Assembly: GCA_963775055.1 (NCBI GenBank)
Contig: CAVZHK010000008.1
Coordinates: forward strand, 154,813 to 218,812
DNA from: an uncultured Acidimicrobiaceae bacterium
GTDB taxonomy: Bacteria > Actinomycetota > Acidimicrobiia > Acidimicrobiales > CAIXPF01
DNA: 64,000 bases
Direction: 5' to 3'
The number at the start of each line of letters is the position of its first letter. The first letter of the stretch is position 1. The position numbers and the translations under genes were made by a program. The notes beneath the pieces were generated by a model, which was given only the letters and a program-made list of their open reading frames with translations, was not told the DNA's origin and searched no databases. Positions 17,194 to 26,166 of this stretch are shown here, piece by piece.

Positions 17194-19559
17194 CGGTCGC
17201 TCCTGTGCACTGGTCGGCTCGAGTGGGACGTCGGATCGGCGGAGGCCACGGGAGCGGAAGCCGTTGCCGCCACCACTCGTTCGGCCAACGGTGGGCGCTC
17301 GCCAAGCCGGCCCCTCACCGCCAGCACCGGCGTGGTGGCGGCGGACAGCGTTGCCACCACCGTGACATCTATCCCGCCGGGGCCGAACAGCAGCCCGGCC
17401 ACCAGCGGCCCGCCATTGGCGCCGCCGTCTCCCTCGACGTGGTCGGGCGCCACCGCGGATACCGAGAAGCCGGCTCGTTCCAGCTGTTCCACGGCGTTGC
17501 GACCGGCGCGGCCCGAGCTGATAGCGACCAAGGCACCGTGGCGACTGCGGGCCAGCCGGGCGCCGTGCTCGGCCACCGCAGGGGCCTCACCCGATCGCAG
17601 ATCGACCACAATCGCGGCGGCCCCGCCCCGTTCGTCTCCGCGGTCGTCGGGTCCGGCGCCAGGATCGCGTCCGACGGGCGCCAGGGTCGGGCCGGCGATC
17701 ACCAGCAGATCGGCCAGGTCGGCGTCGGCCAGCGCTTGGATGGTGTTCACCACCGACAGCTCCGCTGCCCAGGGCACCACGACGGCGTCGTGAGCGGCGC
17801 CTCGCAGTTCGTCGAGCAATTCCTGAAGGGCGTTCCCGGCGAAGCGAACCGTGACCCGGGCGGTCACACCGGCCGTCTCGATGGCCCGACGAGCCGGTTG
17901 GATGCCAGCCATGACCGAGCTCAACCGACTCAGCTCGTTGCCCTCCATCAGCGCGTAGATGGACACCACGGCAGGACGCTCAGGGCCCACCGCGGCCAGC
18001 GCGATGCCCACCGCCCGCTCAGCCAGGGCGCTCAGCTCCGTTTGGTGGCGCAGCTCCGGCGCTGAACCCCCAACGCCGTCAAGCGCCGTCACCGGTCCGG
18101 CCGGCGGCCCCCCGACGGCCAGCAGCGCGCCGCTGGGGAGCGCTGATCCCACGGGCAAGGCGATGGCCACTCGGTAACGGGCGCCGTCAGTGCTGGCGCG
18201 GCGTTCGGCGTCAGCGATGTCCCGGGCCAGCAGACGGGCGGGATACACCACACCCAACGCGGGGCCGGCGGCCACCGTGGTCAGCACCGCCATGATCACC
18301 ATCATCGTGAACAGTGGCCCATCGATCAGCCCGGCGGAGCGGCCGATGTTGAGGATCACCAGCTCGGTCAGGCCCCTGGTGTTCATGAGCGTCGCCAGGG
18401 CCAGCGACTGCCGGGTGGACATACCGCTCAGTCTGGCAGCCAGTCCCCCGCCCACGAACTTGCCGATGCAGGCGGTGGCCAGCACCGCCAGCAGCGTCGG
18501 CAGGCCGTCCCAACCCAGGCCCTTGATGTCCACCCCGAGACCGGTCACCACGAAGAACACCGGGAGCAGCACCACCACGCTGATGCCCTCAACCCGTTCG
18601 GATAGCTCATGGGCCAACGAGCCCATCTGCCGTCGGGGCACCGCCGCGCCGAAAAGGAAGGCCCCGATCAGGCTGGCCAGGCCGATGCGGTTGGCCACGT
18701 AGGCGCTGGCCAGGGCGCCGGCCAGCAGCACCGCCAACACATCGGGGCCCAGCCGCCCGGCCCGGCGGTAGCGGGACATCACCAATCGGTCCAGCAGCGG
18801 CCGTACCATACCGAACAGGACGGCGATGAAGGCCGCCAGCTCCGCCATGGCGATGGGGACGTGGCCGATGTCCCCCGAGCTGGCGATGGCCACCACCATG
18901 GTCAGCAGCGCGAACACAATGATGTCATCGATGGCGGCGCAGGCGATGGCCAACATGCCCAGCGGTATGCGGAACATGTTGCGTTCGGTGAGGATGCGGG
19001 CCAGGACGGCGAAGGCGGTGCCGCTCATGGCCACCCCCATGAACAGCGCGAAGGGCACGATGGCGGTGGACTCACCCTCCACGTTGCCGTAGCGCCCGTG
19101 GATCAACGGCGCCAAGACCAGTCCGCCGAGGGCCATGGGTACCGCGATTGAGCTGAGTGACAGCGTGACCGCCCGCCGGCCCGAGCGGCGAAGACCATCG
19201 GGGTCTATCTCCAGACCGACCACGAACATGAAGATGACCAGGCCCAGCTCGGCGGCGACCTTGAGATAGGGCCGGGTGTCGAGAGGAAAGAGCCGGTCGG
19301 GCAGATCACCGGGGAACAGCCCCAGCAGGGACGGTCCTAGGCTGATACCGGCCAGTATCTCCCCCAGCACCATGGGCTGGCCGAGCTTGCGGGCCGCCAG
19401 CCCCACCAATCGGGCCACCACTACGATCACCGCGATGGCCAGGAAAGCCTGCGCGGCGACCCGGTCAAGGGGGCTGGAACCAGCCGCCAACAGACCGCCC
19501 GGTACGGCCCCGACGGCCAGCTCGGGCGGCAGGGCGGCGTTGAGGAGGGCCCCGATCAT
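17190..19559 (-). CDS. cation:proton antiporter (CPA2 family) with long C-terminal cytoplasmic region (USP-like?)
   Basis: LGQPMVLGEILAGISLGPSLLG, TAFAVLARIL, AAIDD, LMNTRGLTELVILNIG; about 350 aa soluble tail; ATGA coupling on both sides. Confidence 0.93.
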   Translation of the reverse strand: MIGALLNAALPPELAVGAVPGGLLAAGSSPLDRVAAQAFLAIAVIVVVARLVGLAARKLGQPMVLGEILAGISLGPSLLGLFPGDLPDRLFPLDTRPYLKVAAELGLVIFMFVVGLEIDPDGLRRSGRRAVTLSLSSIAVPMALGGLVLAPLIHGRYGNVEGESTAIVPFALFMGVAMSGTAFAVLARILTERNMFRIPLGMLAIACAAIDDIIVFALLTMVVAIASSGDIGHVPIAMAELAAFIAVLFGMVRPLLDRLVMSRYRRAGRLGPDVLAVLLAGALASAYVANRIGLASLIGAFLFGAAVPRRQMGSLAHELSERVEGISVVVLLPVFFVVTGLGVDIKGLGWDGLPTLLAVLATACIGKFVGGGLAARLSGMSTRQSLALATLMNTRGLTELVILNIGRSAGLIDGPLFTMMVIMAVLTTVAAGPALGVVYPARLLARDIADAERRASTDGARYRVAIALPVGSALPSGALLAVGGPPAGPVTALDGVGGSAPELRHQTELSALAERAVGIALAAVGPERPAVVSIYALMEGNELSRLSSVMAGIQPARRAIETAGVTARVTVRFAGNALQELLDELRGAAHDAVVVPWAAELSVVNTIQALADADLADLLVIAGPTLAPVGRDPGAGPDDRGDERGGAAAIVVDLRSGEAPAVAEHGARLARSRHGALVAISSGRAGRNAVEQLERAGFSVSAVAPDHVEGDGGANGGPLVAGLLFGPGGIDVTVVATLSAATTPVLAVRGRLGERPPLAERVVAATASAPVASADPTSHSSRPVHRSDR

Positions 19560-20872
19560 TGGGGGATGGCCGCCAAACGATTCACCGCGGTGGCGAACAG
19601 GTCGTTGAAGAGGACCTCGTCCCCGGTGGTGAACTCCCGCCCGATCACCGCCACGCCCACCGAGGTCAGGTTACGCCCGCAGCGGGCCAGTCCCACCGCC
19701 CGGGTGACCGTTGGTCCCGCCAACGAGGAGGGCGCCGCCACCTGGAGGAACACCTCGCTGTCATCACACTGGGTTGGTGTCTCGAAGGGGGTGACCGCAA
19801 GCGTGTACTCCACCCCGTTGACCACCGTCGTGGAGAACGCACAGTTGGCGACCAGGCTTCGTGCACCGTCCAGGATGGCCGCCGCACCGCCGGCGTCGGC
19901 GTAGGACTGCACGTCATTGTCGATGCGCACCCCGCTGGTGGTGCCGTCCACGACCTCGAAGGCGGTGTTGGCCCGCAGTTGGGAGGTGATCACCACCGGC
20001 TGGCCGCAGTAAGGCTCGTCCGTCCCATACGCCACGGTCTGGTAGGACGGTCCGATATCGGTTGCGGTGAGCAGCGCCGACTGGACCTCGGGCAAGGTCG
20101 GGGGACGCTCCAGCACGGACCCGGTGGTTGCCGTGGGATTGGTGGCCGGGGTCAACGGGACGGTGCTGGGAAGGAGGCTGGTGGCGCTGGACGGCCGGTC
20201 GTTGCGGTTGGCGCGGGATCCGCTGGTGGCCGACGCTGTCTCGGTGCCGTCATCGCGGGCCAACAGCCCGATCACCCCCAGCAGCACCGCCACCGCCAAG
20301 GCCCCGACCAGCGCGGCCCGAAAAGCCTTGCTCTGGCCGCCCGCCGGCTTGCGGTGTGTGCCCGGTGTGCCAGGTGTGCCCTGGGTCTCATACCAGCCGG
20401 GGCCGCCGCTGAAGGCCATGTGGGGCTGACCATGGGTGACGTTCACGCCCGGCCCGCCGGTTCCGTGACCGTAGGCCGGGTTGGGTCCCGGTCCGGTTGG
20501 TATCGGGGCGCCGGGCTGGGCACTGCTGGGTCCGGCCCAGGCCGTTGGCGCAGCTCCGGGGGACCAGGCTCCCCCCGCCGCCGGTTGGATCCAGGCGGGC
20601 GGGGCCGCAGGCGGTCCACCCTCGGGTGCGCCCCACGCCGGCGGGTTCGAGGCCGGCGGGTTGGACCAGGGCGGGTTGGACCAGGGCGGGTTGGAGCTCG
20701 GTGGGTTCGAGGCCGGCGGGTTCGAGGCCGGTGGGTTCGAGGCCGGTGGGTTGGAGCTCGGCGGGTTGGACCAGGGTGGGTTCGACACCGGTGGGTTGGA
20801 GCTCGGCGGGTTGGACCAGGGTGGGTTCGACACCGGTGGGTTGGAGGCCGGCGGGTTGGACCAGCGCGGCAT
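19556..20872 (-). CDS. Pro-rich repeat + TM + Cys-containing extracytoplasmic (PknH-like sensor?) region; likely the C-terminal half of the Hsp70-family gene after a frameshift
   Basis: (SNPPx)15, Pro/Gly linker, TM ALVGALAVAVLLGVIGLLA, Thr/Ser stalk, domain with LLTATDIG and 4 Cys. Confidence 0.7.
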   Translation of the reverse strand: MPRWSNPPASNPPVSNPPWSNPPSSNPPVSNPPWSNPPSSNPPASNPPASNPPASNPPSSNPPWSNPPWSNPPASNPPAWGAPEGGPPAAPPAWIQPAAGGAWSPGAAPTAWAGPSSAQPGAPIPTGPGPNPAYGHGTGGPGVNVTHGQPHMAFSGGPGWYETQGTPGTPGTHRKPAGGQSKAFRAALVGALAVAVLLGVIGLLARDDGTETASATSGSRANRNDRPSSATSLLPSTVPLTPATNPTATTGSVLERPPTLPEVQSALLTATDIGPSYQTVAYGTDEPYCGQPVVITSQLRANTAFEVVDGTTSGVRIDNDVQSYADAGGAAAILDGARSLVANCAFSTTVVNGVEYTLAVTPFETPTQCDDSEVFLQVAAPSSLAGPTVTRAVGLARCGRNLTSVGVAVIGREFTTGDEVLFNDLFATAVNRLAAIPQ

Positions 20873-22013
20873 CGGCGCTGCCCGGGCCGACCGGTTGGGT
20901 CTGATCCCAACCCGCCCCGGAGGACAACACCGAGCGCCCGTGAGTGGCCCCCAGCGCCACCGCCGTCTTGGGATCGCCCCGGCGGCTGACGTTGACCCCG
21001 GGGAAGGCGTCGCACACCATTCGTTCCACCAACGGGGAACGGCTGGCCCCGCCGGCCAGGTACACCGCGGCCAGCTGCAGCGGTTCCAAACCAGCGTCCG
21101 CCACCGCCCGGCGCAACACCTCCACCGAGCTGGCGATGTACGGCTCGATCAGCAATTCGAACTCGTCCCGGGTGACCCGTTGGGTGACCATGCCGTTCGG
21201 TAGGGCGACCAGGAGCTCGGCGTAGGGATGGGAGGAGAGGGCCTCTTTCACCCGCCGGGCCTCACTGCGCAGGGCCGAGGCCGCTTGTTGCCAAGCCCGC
21301 TCGTCGGACACCTGCAGCGCCTCCCAAACCTCTTCGTTCAGGCGGGAACCGACGAAGTTGGCCAGCAATTCGTCGAACAGATCCCCCCCGAGGCGGTCCT
21401 CGCCACCGGGGCGCCCGATGACCACGAACCCCGGGGCGTCGTGCTGCACGGTGGCCTGCAGCACCGCGGTGTCGAACGTGCCGCCGCCCAGGTCGTACAC
21501 CGCCACGAAGCCGCCGGGGGCCACACCGACCTCATCGGCGAAGGACACCGCCGCGGCCACCGGTTCGGGCACCAGCACCGGGTTCGGCAGCTGGGCCCGG
21601 GCCGCGGCCTGCAGCAACCGATCCAAGCGAACCCGGCCCCAAGAGGCGGGATGGGTGAGACGAACCTCGACGGGGGGCGAGCCCACGTGGCGCACCGCTT
21701 CCTGGTACACGTAGGCCAGCAACGATGCGATGAGGACCGTGACGTCATGGGTGCGGCCCCCCAGGATGATCGGCGCCGGCTCCCCGATGCGGGACTTCGG
21801 GGCCCGGATGGCGCGACCCGGCGAGGAGGTGGCCAGGTCCTCGGCGGAGCGGCCGACCACCAGGGAGCCGTCGTCCTCAGCCAACACCACCGACGGCACC
21901 CGGCGCTCGCCACCGATCTCGATGACCTCGGGACCCCGCCGGGTACGGGCGGCGGCCACCGTGAAGCTGGTACCGAAATCAATCCCCAGCACCCACGGAT
22001 CCTGCACGCTCAT
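20388..22013 (-). CDS. Hsp70-family ATPase (nucleotide-binding domain only), probably frameshifted into the 19556-20872 ORF
   Basis: GIDFGTSFT, PEPVAAA, VYDLGGGTFD, LAGGASRSP, DPKTAVALGA; no substrate-binding domain; in-frame tail after the repeat is non-protein-like. Confidence 0.85.
   Translation of the reverse strand: MSVQDPWVLGIDFGTSFTVAAARTRRGPEVIEIGGERRVPSVVLAEDDGSLVVGRSAEDLATSSPGRAIRAPKSRIGEPAPIILGGRTHDVTVLIASLLAYVYQEAVRHVGSPPVEVRLTHPASWGRVRLDRLLQAAARAQLPNPVLVPEPVAAAVSFADEVGVAPGGFVAVYDLGGGTFDTAVLQATVQHDAPGFVVIGRPGGEDRLGGDLFDELLANFVGSRLNEEVWEALQVSDERAWQQAASALRSEARRVKEALSSHPYAELLVALPNGMVTQRVTRDEFELLIEPYIASSVEVLRRAVADAGLEPLQLAAVYLAGGASRSPLVERMVCDAFPGVNVSRRGDPKTAVALGATHGRSVLSSGAGWDQTQPVGPGSADAALVQPAGLQPTGVEPTLVQPAELQPTGVEPTLVQPAELQPTGLEPTGLEPAGLEPTELQPALVQPALVQPAGLEPAGVGRTRGWTACGPARLDPTGGGGSLVPRSCANGLGRTQQCPARRPDTNRTGTQPGLRSRNRRAGRERHPWSAPHGLQRRPRLV
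20636..20860. repeat. 15-bp coding tandem repeat x15 (SNPP[A/V/W/S])
   Basis: ggcgggttggaccag / ggtgggttcgaggcc-type units directly visible. Confidence 0.95.
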
Positions 22014-22062
22014 GAACCAACCTCTCGTTCCGGTGACCCTGAAGGAGCCGCTCAAAGCCCTA

Positions 22063-22089
22063 TGACGTCCGCTGCTGCCCTCCGGTTCG
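22063..22089 (-). promoter_or_regulatory. putative ECF (SigM-like) promoter for the Hsp70/antiporter operon
   Basis: Minus strand CGAACC-N16-CGTCA about 50 bp upstream of ATG 22013; fits the ECF AAC-N16/17-CGT consensus. Confidence 0.5.
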
Positions 22090-22300
22090 GCGCACGTTCA
22101 ACTTCCGGTCGGTGGTGTTCTCGACACTGCGCTTGTTCAGTGCGCGCCGCACGGCTCGTTGCGGGTCTTGCAGTCTGCACCTCGTGGACCAGTATCGCGC
22201 CGCTGAAGACCACTTCCTCGGTATCGGACAACGTTCCCGAGGACCTGTCTGTCAGGTCAGGTGAGCGCTACCGTGAGACGCTGCAACACGGAGGCCGGCC

Positions 22301-24637
22301 CTGAGCGCAAGCGTTGATCGCATCGGCAACTATCGGGTCGAACGGGTGCTGGGCGCGGGCAGCTTTGCCACCGTCTGGTTGGCGCTCGACGAGGTGCTCG
22401 ACGCCAACGTGGCCATCAAGGTCCTGGCCGACAACTGGTCCCGCCAGCCTGACATCCGGCGGCGCTTCATCGACGAGGCCAAGATCCTGCGCCGTCTCGA
22501 TGACGACCGGGTGGTGCGGGTGCACCAGGTCGACGAGATGGCCGATGGTCGACCGTTCTTCGTGATGACCTGGGCTGATCGGGCCACCCTGTTCGACCGG
22601 ATCCAGTCCCGGGCCCGGGCCCGACGGCCTTTCAGCGTCCCCGAGGCAGTCGAGTTGACCGTCGAGATCGCCCGCTGCTTGGAGGTGGTCCACGGGTTCG
22701 GGGTGGTGCATCGAGACATCAAGCCGTCCAACGTGCTGTTCCGCTCGGTCGCCGCCAGGGTGCGGGCCGCGGCCCGGCGAGACCCTGGCGCGGCCGTCGC
22801 TGCGGAGCCGACGGAGCGCATGATGCTGGGCGACTTCGGGCTCGCCAAGGACCTGGCCGGGGCCTCGGGGTTCACCTTCGCGGCCGGCACCCCGGCCTAC
22901 ATGGCACCGGAGCAGGCCCGTAGCTCCACCGACATCGATGAACGGGCCGACGTGTTCTCGGTCACCGCGGTGCTCTACGAACTGCTCACCGGACGTCCCG
23001 CGTTCTCAGCCGAGACCCTCTCGGGGGTGGCCCGATCCCACGCCGGACGGGACCTCGAGCCGTTGGTCACCGCCCGTCCCGACGCCCCGGCGGCATTGTG
23101 GCGGGTGATCCGGGACGGGCTGGCACCGGCCCGGGAGGACCGCATCGGATCCGCCGAGGAGTTGGTCGACGCGCTGCGGGCCGTGCCGCTGGCGGGCCCG
23201 GCAAGGCCCTTCACCCCGCCGCCAGCCCCCCCCGCCACCGTCACCTCGTTGCCGCCACGACCGGCGGGCCCACCCCCACCGCCGCTCCCGGTGATGGTGT
23301 CCCAGACCGTGCAGCTGCTCGACCACCTGGCCGCGGCCGCGGCCGTGTCCGTGTCGGCTGAGTCGGCGGAGCAGCGCCAGCCGGTGGCGGAGGGCGGGGC
23401 GGCGGAGGTGTTGAGCCAGGCCCGGCGCCGGTTGCTGGATCCGGTACAGGTCCTGGTGGTGGGCCCGGCTGATGGCACCACCTCGGAGCTGGCCTGGTCC
23501 CTGGCCGGGGAGCGGCTGGCGTCGGGGGGGATCGGCGGAGGCGGGCGGCTGTTCTGTCGGCTGCAGGCGGCTCCGTCCAGCGATCGGCGCAACGCCGCAC
23601 TGGCGCTTCGGCGGTCCGGGGAGCGGCTTGAAATGGCGGTCCAGCGCGACGGCAGCGGGGCGTTGATCATCGCCCCTCCAACCGGCTTCACCCCTCCAGC
23701 CGGTTTCGCGTCGCCGGAACAGCAGCTCACCGCCCTGACGGTGTGGCTCACCTCCCCGGCGTTGGCCAACCGAACGGTCATCGACGCCGGCCCGTTGCTG
23801 GCGCAGCCCACCGCTGCCCCCAGCGCCGGCCCCGATCCCGGGGGCGCCGGGTTCGGGCTGCCCACGTCCGATCCCGGCGCCGCGGTCATCCCGCCCAGCC
23901 GGGCCCTGGTCGAGGCCGATCTGCTGGCGGTGGTGCTGCCGCCCTCGGTGGCGAGCGGCCGCGCGCTGCTGGCAGAGCTGAAGGAGCGGCTGCGGGCCAG
24001 TCCCGGCGGTCCGGTGCTGGCCATGGGGGTGGTCTCGCCCGGTCCCGGTTCAACCGTCGGCGGGCCCGGCAGCGTGCCGGCGGCGTTGGCCGAGCTGGTC
24101 GGGGCCTACGGTGCCGATCCCAGCGTCAGCGCCCAGCTCTCAGCGGTGTCAGCGTTGAGCGATGGTCGGGCCCCGATGCTGGATGCGGCCTTCGAGGCGC
24201 TGCTGCGTCACAGCGACGCGGTGCGGGTCACCGCGGCCGTGGCCCAGGCCGAGGACGACTTGTCCCGAAGATCCGATCCTGCCTCCCGCGCCGCCTTCCA
24301 CGGGCTACGTGACGGTCGGGAGGCGCTGGTGGCGATGTTCCCGGCCCTGGAGGAGCTGGCGGTGCTGCGCGAGGAGGCGTCAGGACGGCTCACGCTACCG
24401 GCGTCCTATCGCAACGAGCTGCGCCGTCTGCTGGCCGGGGGTGATCCGGCGGCCCGGCTGGGTCTGGCGCCGGGAGCGGGGGGCGACGAGTTGCGACGCG
24501 CCGCGGAGGTTTCGTTGGAACGTTGGCGGACCTTCGTCAACACCGGCCGGGCCCCCTTCGCCAGCATCCACGCCTCCCAGACCGTGGTCCGGGCCCTGGA
24601 ACGCCTGTGGACAGGGTCTCAGCAACGTCCGCTCTAA
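22301..24637 (+). CDS. Ser/Thr protein kinase fused to a degenerate IniC-like dynamin domain; probable CTG start
   Basis: LGAGSFATV, VAIK, HRDIKPSN, DFGLAK, GTPAYMAPE, DVFS all intact; C-terminal AARLGL...ELRRAA...ERWR...VVRALE resembles IniC; GGAGG at 22290 precedes in-frame CTG 22301. Confidence 0.88.
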   Translation: MSASVDRIGNYRVERVLGAGSFATVWLALDEVLDANVAIKVLADNWSRQPDIRRRFIDEAKILRRLDDDRVVRVHQVDEMADGRPFFVMTWADRATLFDRIQSRARARRPFSVPEAVELTVEIARCLEVVHGFGVVHRDIKPSNVLFRSVAARVRAAARRDPGAAVAAEPTERMMLGDFGLAKDLAGASGFTFAAGTPAYMAPEQARSSTDIDERADVFSVTAVLYELLTGRPAFSAETLSGVARSHAGRDLEPLVTARPDAPAALWRVIRDGLAPAREDRIGSAEELVDALRAVPLAGPARPFTPPPAPPATVTSLPPRPAGPPPPPLPVMVSQTVQLLDHLAAAAAVSVSAESAEQRQPVAEGGAAEVLSQARRRLLDPVQVLVVGPADGTTSELAWSLAGERLASGGIGGGGRLFCRLQAAPSSDRRNAALALRRSGERLEMAVQRDGSGALIIAPPTGFTPPAGFASPEQQLTALTVWLTSPALANRTVIDAGPLLAQPTAAPSAGPDPGGAGFGLPTSDPGAAVIPPSRALVEADLLAVVLPPSVASGRALLAELKERLRASPGGPVLAMGVVSPGPGSTVGGPGSVPAALAELVGAYGADPSVSAQLSAVSALSDGRAPMLDAAFEALLRHSDAVRVTAAVAQAEDDLSRRSDPASRAAFHGLRDGREALVAMFPALEELAVLREEASGRLTLPASYRNELRRLLAGGDPAARLGLAPGAGGDELRRAAEVSLERWRTFVNTGRAPFASIHASQTVVRALERLWTGSQQRPL

Positions 24638-24671
24638 TCTGATCTGCTGCGCGGCCTGACCTGCTTGGCGC

Positions 24672-25205
24672 TCAACGCTCGAGCAACCAACGCAAGGTTT
24701 TGCGGCCTTCATGGATCCTGGACTTGACCGTACCAATCGGTACGTTGAGGGCTTCGGCGATCTCGGCGTAGTCCAGACCAAAAACGTCACGCATCACCAC
24801 CGCCTCGCCGAAACGGGGATCGATCTGCTCCAGCGCATCGAACAGATCCACCTTGGTGCCGGCCACCACGCTGGTTCGTTGGTCGGCCGAGCGTTCCTCC
24901 AACACCACCCCCAACACGCTGCCCCGCCGTTTGAGCTTTCGATAGGTGTCGAGCGAGGCGTTGGTGGCCACCTGATACAGCCAGGTGGAGAACCGGGCCC
25001 TCCCCTCGAAGCTGCCGATGCGACGCGACACCGCCAACAAGGTGTCCTGGGCCGCCTCCTGGGCGTCGAGCAGGTTCGGCAGCATCCGCCGGCAACGAGC
25101 CAACACATCCGGCTCGATCAACCGCAACAGGCGGTCCATGGCCCCCGGATCACCCCCCACCGCAGCCCGCGCCGCCGCCTCCACCTCATCGCCGTCAGCG
25201 CGCAC
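24672..25205 (-). CDS. ECF RNA polymerase sigma factor (SigM/SigW-like)
   Basis: DAQEAAQD, FEGRARFSTWLYQVATNA, YAEIAEALNVPIGTVKSRIHEGR. Confidence 0.93.
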   Translation of the reverse strand: MRADGDEVEAAARAAVGGDPGAMDRLLRLIEPDVLARCRRMLPNLLDAQEAAQDTLLAVSRRIGSFEGRARFSTWLYQVATNASLDTYRKLKRRGSVLGVVLEERSADQRTSVVAGTKVDLFDALEQIDPRFGEAVVMRDVFGLDYAEIAEALNVPIGTVKSRIHEGRKTLRWLLER

Positions 25206-25284
25206 GTGCCGACCTCACCCGGAAGAACGTACTTCGCCGAGGCCGTCCACGGTTGGGAGTAGCTTCTGCGCCGGCCACAACGCG

Positions 25285-25324
25285 CCGGGATCGCACAGAG
25301 GAGCCCGGGATCGCACAAAGGAGC
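25285..25324 (+). repeat. 20-bp tandem duplication containing the SD of the SDR gene
   Basis: ccgggatcgcacagaggagc / ccgggatcgcacaaaggagc. Confidence 0.85.
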
Positions 25325-25329
25325 ATGGC

Positions 25330-26112
25330 ATGCGGATCGAGGAGCTGTTCGGCATCGAAGGCAAGGTGGCCATCGTCACCGGGGGCAGCCGGGGCATCGG
25401 CTACATGATCGCGCAGGGTCTGGTCACCAACGGCGTGAAGACCTACATCACCTCCCGCAAGGCCGATGAGCTGAACGCTGCCGCCGCCGCCCTGAGCGCC
25501 CACGGCACCTGCATCGCGATCCCCGCGGACCTGGCCAGCGACGAGGGCCTCAACGGTTTCGTGGCCGAGTTCACGTCACGGGAGGATCAGCTCCACATCC
25601 TGATCAACAACGCCGGTGCGGCCTGGGGTGCGCCGCTGGGTGAGTTCCCGGGCTCCGGTTTTGACAAGGTGCTGGCCATCAACGTGAAGGCGCCGTTCAT
25701 GCTGACCCAGGCGCTGCTGCCGCAACTGAAGGCCGCGGTGGGCGATGAGGACCCGGCCCGGGTGGTGATGATCGGCTCCATCGACGGGATGGTGGTGCCC
25801 ATCGGGGACAACTTCTCTTACTCCGGTTCCAAGGCCGCCATCCACATGCTGGCCCGCCACCTGGCACACAACGTGGTGGGTGAGGGCATCACCGTGAACA
25901 CCGTGGCACCGGGGCCGTTCCGTTCCAAGATGATGGGCTACCTCCTCGATGATCCCGACAGCCGGGCCCGCATCGCCCGCAAGGTTCCCCGCAAGCGCAT
26001 CGGCACCCCCGAAGACGTCGCCGGCGCCGTGATCTACCTGTGCAGCCGGGCCGGTTCGTGGCTCACCGGGGTGCTGATCCCTGTGGACGGCGGCCTGTCC
26101 ACCCACGGCTAG
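25330..26112 (+). CDS. SDR family oxidoreductase
   Basis: TGGSRGIG, NNAG, YSGSK (YxxxK). Confidence 0.95.
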   Translation: MRIEELFGIEGKVAIVTGGSRGIGYMIAQGLVTNGVKTYITSRKADELNAAAAALSAHGTCIAIPADLASDEGLNGFVAEFTSREDQLHILINNAGAAWGAPLGEFPGSGFDKVLAINVKAPFMLTQALLPQLKAAVGDEDPARVVMIGSIDGMVVPIGDNFSYSGSKAAIHMLARHLAHNVVGEGITVNTVAPGPFRSKMMGYLLDDPDSRARIARKVPRKRIGTPEDVAGAVIYLCSRAGSWLTGVLIPVDGGLSTHG

Positions 26113-26166
26113 GGGTTGCGGCTGCCTCCGCCCCGCGCGTCGTCGCGGCGCGCTACGGTCCGGCCC

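Noticed and set aside
20388-22013. dnaK
   Set aside because: No substrate-binding domain, no grpE/dnaJ context, and divergent from canonical DnaK.
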